A DNA stretch of 63,097 nucleotides, the filler included, from Babesia bigemina (Eukaryota): NCBI RefSeq assembly GCF_000981445.1. It is 17 parts of 17 records of this genome, joined end to end, with 100 filler letters (N's around TTAATTAATTAA, not from the genome) between each part and the next. Parts side by side here need not be neighbours in the genome. Positions count along the whole stretch, not along the records: positions 57,320 to 60,986 come from NW_012237091.1; positions 61,087 to 63,097 come from NW_012237094.1; 15 more parts are not named here. The stretch is one strand, 5' to 3'. Made by a program: the position numbers and the translations under genes. Numbering within the stretch: the stretch's first letter is position 1; every line of letters starts with the position of its first letter. Below are positions 57,774 through 63,097 of the stretch, piece by piece. The notes beneath the pieces were generated by a model that searched no databases, was not told the DNA's origin, and saw only the letters and a program-made list of their open reading frames with translations.

Positions 57774-60202
57774 GTGCTGACCAAGATGCTGACCAAGATG
57801 CTGACCAAGATGCTGACCAAAGTGTTGACCAACGTGTTGACCAATGTGCTGACCAAGGTGCTGACCAATGCCATGACCAACGTGGTGACCAATGCCACGA
57901 CCTACCACCTGACCAAGTTGATGGTCACGGCAGCGATGACATGGTCACGGCAGCGGTGACATAATTACGGCAGCGACGTCATGGTCACGGCATGGATGAC
58001 ATGGACACGGCAGCGATGACATGGTCACGGCAGCGGTGACATAATTACGGCAGCGACGTCATGGTCACGGCATGGATGACATGGACACGGCAGCGATGAC
58101 ATGGTCACGGCAGCGATGACATGGTCACGGCAGCGATGACATGGTGACCAAGCAGATGACCTAAGTAATGATTATTATCCACTCTACATCGCCCCTTATC
58201 CACTCTACATCGCTCCCTAATCCACTCCACATCGCCCCTTTATCCACTCTACATCGCTCCCTAACCCACTCTACATCGCCCCTTTACCCACTCTACATCG
58301 CCCCTTTAACCACTATACATCGCTCCCTAACCCACTCTACATCGCTCCCTAACCCACTCTACATCGCCCCTTATCCACTCTACATCGCTCCCTAATCCAC
58401 TCTACATCGCTCCCTAACCCACTCTACATCGCTCCCTAATCCACTCTACATCGCCCCTTAACCCACTCTACATCGCTCCCTAACCCACTCTACATCGCCC
58501 CTTTGTCCACTCTACATCGCCCCTTTATCCACTCTACATCGCCCCTTAACCCACTCTACATCGCTGCCTAACCCACTCCACATCGCCCCTTATCCACTCT
58601 ACATCGCTCCCTAACCCACTCTACATCGCTCCCTTACCCACTCTACATCGCCCCTTTACCTACTCCACATCGCTCCCTAACCCACTCTTCATCGCTCCTT
58701 TATCCACTCTACATCGCTCCTTTATCCACTCTACATCGCTCCTTAACCCACTCTACATCGCCCCTTTACACACTCTACATCGCCCCTTTACCCACTCTAC
58801 ATCGCCCCTTTATCCACTCTACATCGCTCCCTAACCCACTCTACATCGCCCCTTTATCCACTCTACATCGCCCCTTATCCACTCTACATCGCTCCCTAAC
58901 CCACTCTACATCGCTCCTTTACCCACTCCACATCGCTCCCTAACCCACTCTACATCGCCCCTAATCCACTCCACATCGCCCCTTTATCCACTCCACATCG
59001 CTCCTCAATCCACTCTACATCGCCCCTTAACCCACTCTACGTCGCCCCTTTATGCACTCTACATCGCCCTTTTATCCACTCTACATCGCTCCCTAATCCA
59101 CTCTACATCGCTCCCTAACCCACTCTACATCGCCCCTTTATCCACTCCACATCGCCCCTTTATCCACTCTACATCGCCCCTTTATCCACTCTACATCGCC
59201 CCTTTATCCACTCTACATCGCTCCTTTATCCACTCTACATCGCCCCTTAACCCACTCTACATCGCCCCTTATCCACTCTACATCGCTCCTTATCCACTCT
59301 ACATCGCTCCTTAACCCACTCTACATCGCCCCTTTATCCACTCTACATCGCCCCTTAATCCACTCTACATCGCCCCTTAACCCACTCTACATCGCTCCTT
59401 AACCCACTCTACATCGCCCCTTAATCCACTCCACATCGCCCCTTTACCCACTCTACATCGCTCCTTAACCCACTCTACATCGCCCCTTTACCCACTCTAC
59501 ATCGCCCCTTTATCCACTCTACATCGCCCCTTACCCACTCTACATCGCCCCTTTATCCACTCTACATCGCTCCTTTATCCACTCTACATCGCTCCTTAAT
59601 CCACTCTACATCGCCCCTTTACCCACTCTACATCGCCCCTTTATCCACTCTACATCGCTCCTTTATCCACTCTACATCGCCCCTTAACCCACTCTACATC
59701 GCCCCTTAACCCACTCTACATCGCTCCTTTATCCACTCTACATCGCTCCTTAACCCACTCTACATCGCTCCTTAACCCACTCTACATCGCCCCTTTACCC
59801 ACTCTACATCGCCCCTTAATCCACTCTACATCGCTCCTTAACCCACTCTACATCGCTCCCTTATCCACTCCACATCGCTCCTTAACCCACTCTACATCGC
59901 TCCCTTATCCACTCCACATCGCCCCTTTATCCACTCTACATCGCTCCTTAACCCACTCTACATCGCCCCTTATCCACTCCACATCGCCCCTTTCTCCACT
60001 CTACATCGCCCCTTTCTCCACTCTACATCGCCCCTTAACCCACTCTACATCGCCCCTTTGTCCACTCTACATCGCCCCTTTACCCACTCTACATCGCCCC
60101 TTATCCACTCTACATCGCCCCTTTACCCACTCTACGTCGCTCCTTTATCCACTCTACATCGCCCCTTAACCCACTCTACATCGCCCCTTAACCCACTCCA
60201 CA
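57774..60202 (+). repeat. Repeat cassette: 12-bp (57774-57916), 20-bp (57921-58145), 22-bp (58177-60202)
   Basis: Same units and order. Longest 22-bp array (~2 kb). Confidence 0.95.
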
Positions 60203-60232
60203 ACCCTCCAATCACCTTGCCATATTACCGCT

Positions 60233-60933
60233 ATGACCTCTTTAAACCATCCTAATAACTTGTGCCTTGTCACCCTTCCCTTCCCCTCTTCCACCTCTTG
60301 CCACTGCCCAGACCATGTGCCGCCTAGGGAGCTTGACAGGAAATTTGACAAAATTAAAACCCTGAAAATACCTCAAATAACAATGCTACTAACATCCTTA
60401 ATAACCTCTGTTCCGGCCTCGAAAAATTCCTCGGCTTCAACTCTGACTCCAAAGGCTACACTGGCCAGGGGATTGTGTACTCTGACCTGGATAGGCTGTG
60501 TGACGGGGTGATGGCGTTTTTGAGTGGTGTGCTTAGTGCGGTGAAAAACGAAAATGAAGTGACAACTTATGATAAAAATGATAAAAACAACATTAATACA
60601 GTTATTACCACTTTGACTAAACAAATTGGCTCCGGGCGTACTGGGCTTGTGGAGTCTGTCGCCGCGGTGAAGGGGTGGTTGGAGGGGTATAATAAGAATG
60701 TTAATGATAAAACAAAAAAAGTAACTGATGAATTAAACAAATTAAACAGCGAAACTATTGCCAATAAAATCAATGAAACGAATGCAAATGACCCCCTTCA
60801 AAATCAGCTGTCCACTTGGACAAATACAGTGTCCAGCCTTTATAGTGAGATTGTTAAGATAAAAAGTGAACACATTAGCAAGCTAGATAAGGCGTTGAAA
60901 ACGAAGATAAACGGTGAAAATGAGGTTTGTTGA
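60233..60933 (+). pseudogene. ves1: ves1 5' part with a 1-nt deletion frameshift in the leader (~60356-60370)
   Basis: Leader ORF 60233-60511 and body frame 60475-60933 (YSDLDRLCDGVMAFL) are out of frame. Confidence 0.75.
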
Positions 60934-61829
60934 AAAGCTGTGATGATGCTATGCAGTCGGCGAATAAAAGGAAACTTGAGGGGCAANNNNNNNNNNNNNN
61001 NNNNNNNNNNNNNNNNNNNNNNNNNNNNNNTTAATTAATTAANNNNNNNNNNNNNNNNNNNNNNNNNNNNNNNNNNNNNNNNNNNNCGAGATAGCTGATT
61101 CGTTTGGGTAGTTTATATTGAAATATACTTTTCAAAAGATTCATATGTTTTAATCAAGAGATTAAGAAAACAGATATTCTAAAAGCCACTCCTATAACCC
61201 AGCTTCCCCAGTGACCCCAGTAATGATGATGCCAATCTATATTCATTTATCAGCTGTCCCTCACACACCCCACCTCCTGGGGGATTCAAAATATATCACT
61301 AATCTGCAAGGGAACTTAACTATCATTCAAATTTTGGAAAATAAAGTCAGAAAAACTTGGATTTAAAAATATATATATAGATTCTAGAATGATACAGAAA
61401 CTAGACTCTCCTACCCCTCAAGCTGTAGAGTAGGCAGGTCAGAGTTCCCTGAATATAACATGAAAAAAGTAGAGATTTGAGCAAAGATGAAATACCATGG
61501 GCGTTAAGGAGACTTTGGTTGATATCTGAATTTGAGTAGCTGAAGTTCAAACTGGCATTTTTACAATTTAAACTGCATGTTTATGGAGAAAAAAGATTTA
61601 AAAGCCAAGTGCTGAAAACTGAAATCTTCTCTTGAATAGTCGTTCTGTTTGAAGAATTACAGACTTGTCAAGGAACAGCCATAACATTTACAAAAACATG
61701 GGGACAGAGCAAATCAAATGACAAAACATGTAAAGTTTTTTATTTTTTTGGTCCTTTCTGATAAGTAGAATAGACATACACATGCACTGTCCTGTACTTC
61801 TCAAATTTAAGATTTGCTTAAAAAGCTAT

Positions 61830-62651
61830 AATGCATTAGTATACTGTATTGGTGTTTTTCCTTCTGGCTTACTTCACTCTGTATAATAGGCTCCAGTTTC
61901 ATCCACCTCATTAGAACTGATTCAAATGTATTCTTTTTAATGGCTGAGTAATACTCCATTGTGTATATGTACCACAGCTTTCTTATCCATTCATCTGCTG
62001 ATGGACATCTAGGTTGCTTCCATGTCCTGGCTATTATAAACAGTGCTGCGATGAACATTGGGGTACACGTGTCTCTTTCAATTCTGGTTTCCTCAGTGTG
62101 TATGCCCAGCAGTGGGATTGCTGGATCATAAGGCAGTTCTATTTCCAGTTTTTTAAGGAATCTCCACACTGTTCTCCATAGTGGCTGTACTAGTTTGCAT
62201 TCCCACCAACAGTGTAAGAGGGTTCCCTTTTCTCCACACCCTCTCCAGCATTTATTACTTGTAGACTTTTGGATCGCAGCCATTCTGACTGGTGTGAAAT
62301 GGTACCTCATAGTGGTTTTGATTTGCATTTCTCTGATAATGAGTGATGTTGAGCATCTTTTCATGTGTTTGTTAGCCATCTGTATGTCTTCTTTGGAGAA
62401 ATGTCTATTTAGTTCTTTGGCCCATTTTTTGATTGGGTCATTTATTTTTCTGGAGTTGAGCTGTAGGAGTTGCTTGTATATTTTTGAGATTAGTTGTTTG
62501 TCGGTTGCTTCATTTGCTATTATTTTCTCCCATTCTGAAGGCTGTCTTTTCACCTTGCTAATAGTTTCCTTTGTTGTGCAGAAGCTTTTAAGTTTAATTA
62601 GGTCCCATTTGTTTATTTTTGCTTTTATTTCCAATATTCTGGGAGGTGGGT
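61830..62651 (-). mobile_element. Bovine LINE-1 ORF2 C-terminal fragment; host DNA
   Basis: [29 protein letters not shown] zinc knuckle, [12 protein letters not shown]. Confidence 0.95.
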
Positions 62652-62659
62652 CGTGCTGA

Positions 62660-62890
62660 TACAAACATAGGGATGTGTATAATTAAAAAAAAATTTTTTT
62701 TTCCAAATACAGGCCCAGGAGTGGTATTGCTGATTCATATGGAAACTCTATTTTTAGTTTTTTGAGGCCCCTCCATACTGTTATCCATAGTGGCTGTACC
62801 AGTTCACTTCCCATTTCTTTTTCTCCACAGTCTCTCCAGCATTTGATATGTGTAGACTTTTTAATGATGATCATTCTGACCTGTGTGATA
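62660..62890 (-). mobile_element. Second, more degenerate L1 ORF2 fragment
   Basis: [10 protein letters not shown]...LVQPLW.TVWR.LKKLKIE.PY..AIPLLG. Confidence 0.8.
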
Positions 62891-62891
62891 T

Positions 62892-63097
62892 AGTTGTTTT
62901 TCAGTCACTAGGTTTTGTCTGACTCTTTGTGACCCTATGGAGTGCAGCACGTCAGGCTCCCCTGTTCTTCACTATCTCCTGGAGTTTGCTCAAACTCATG
63001 TCCATTGAGTCGGTGATACCATCCAACCATCTCAATCTCTGTCACCCGCTTCTCCGCCTGCCCTCAAACTTGCCCAGCATCAGAGTCTTTTCCAGTG
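62892..63097. mobile_element. Bovine BovA/ART2A-type element (BovB 3'-end derived)
   Basis: tctgactctttgtgaccctatgg..gcagcacg.caggc..ccctgt resembles 49060-49250. Confidence 0.8.

Noticed and set aside
60925..60986. Stops and frameshifts within ~100 bp of contig ends (also near 18900, 24056, 28500, 40752)
   Set aside because: Contig ends carry vector remnants and degraded sequence, so these are not counted as real lesions.

Overview
This is not a contiguous locus. It is 17 small contigs joined by 16 artificial 100-bp spacers (44 N + TTAATTAATTAA + 44 N). Twelve contigs carry ves1 (variant erythrocyte surface antigen) genes of a Babesia sensu stricto parasite, most like the B. bigemina/B. ovata lineage. 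The others are one telomere plus subtelomeric satellite contig, one contig bounded by 322-bp inverted repeats, and three bovine host contigs (satellite I, BovB, L1). Main unexplained structure: (1) ves1 genes lie head-to-tail, separated by a fixed-order 12-bp, 20-bp, 22-bp repeat cassette, and each ves1 5' end seen joins that cassette at one of four nested entry points, mostly without an in-frame ATG. Together with mosaic sequence sharing, this suggests a repeat-capped silent archive for gene conversion. (2) One ves1 tail type is followed by a ~75-bp array that looks like tandem exon plus 34-nt mini-intron units leading into a small variable Cys-rich membrane protein. (3) What looks like the 3' end of an RLE-type non-LTR retrotransposon interrupts one ves1 leader. 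Family assignments are from motif recall, not database searches. Array boundaries are approximate.
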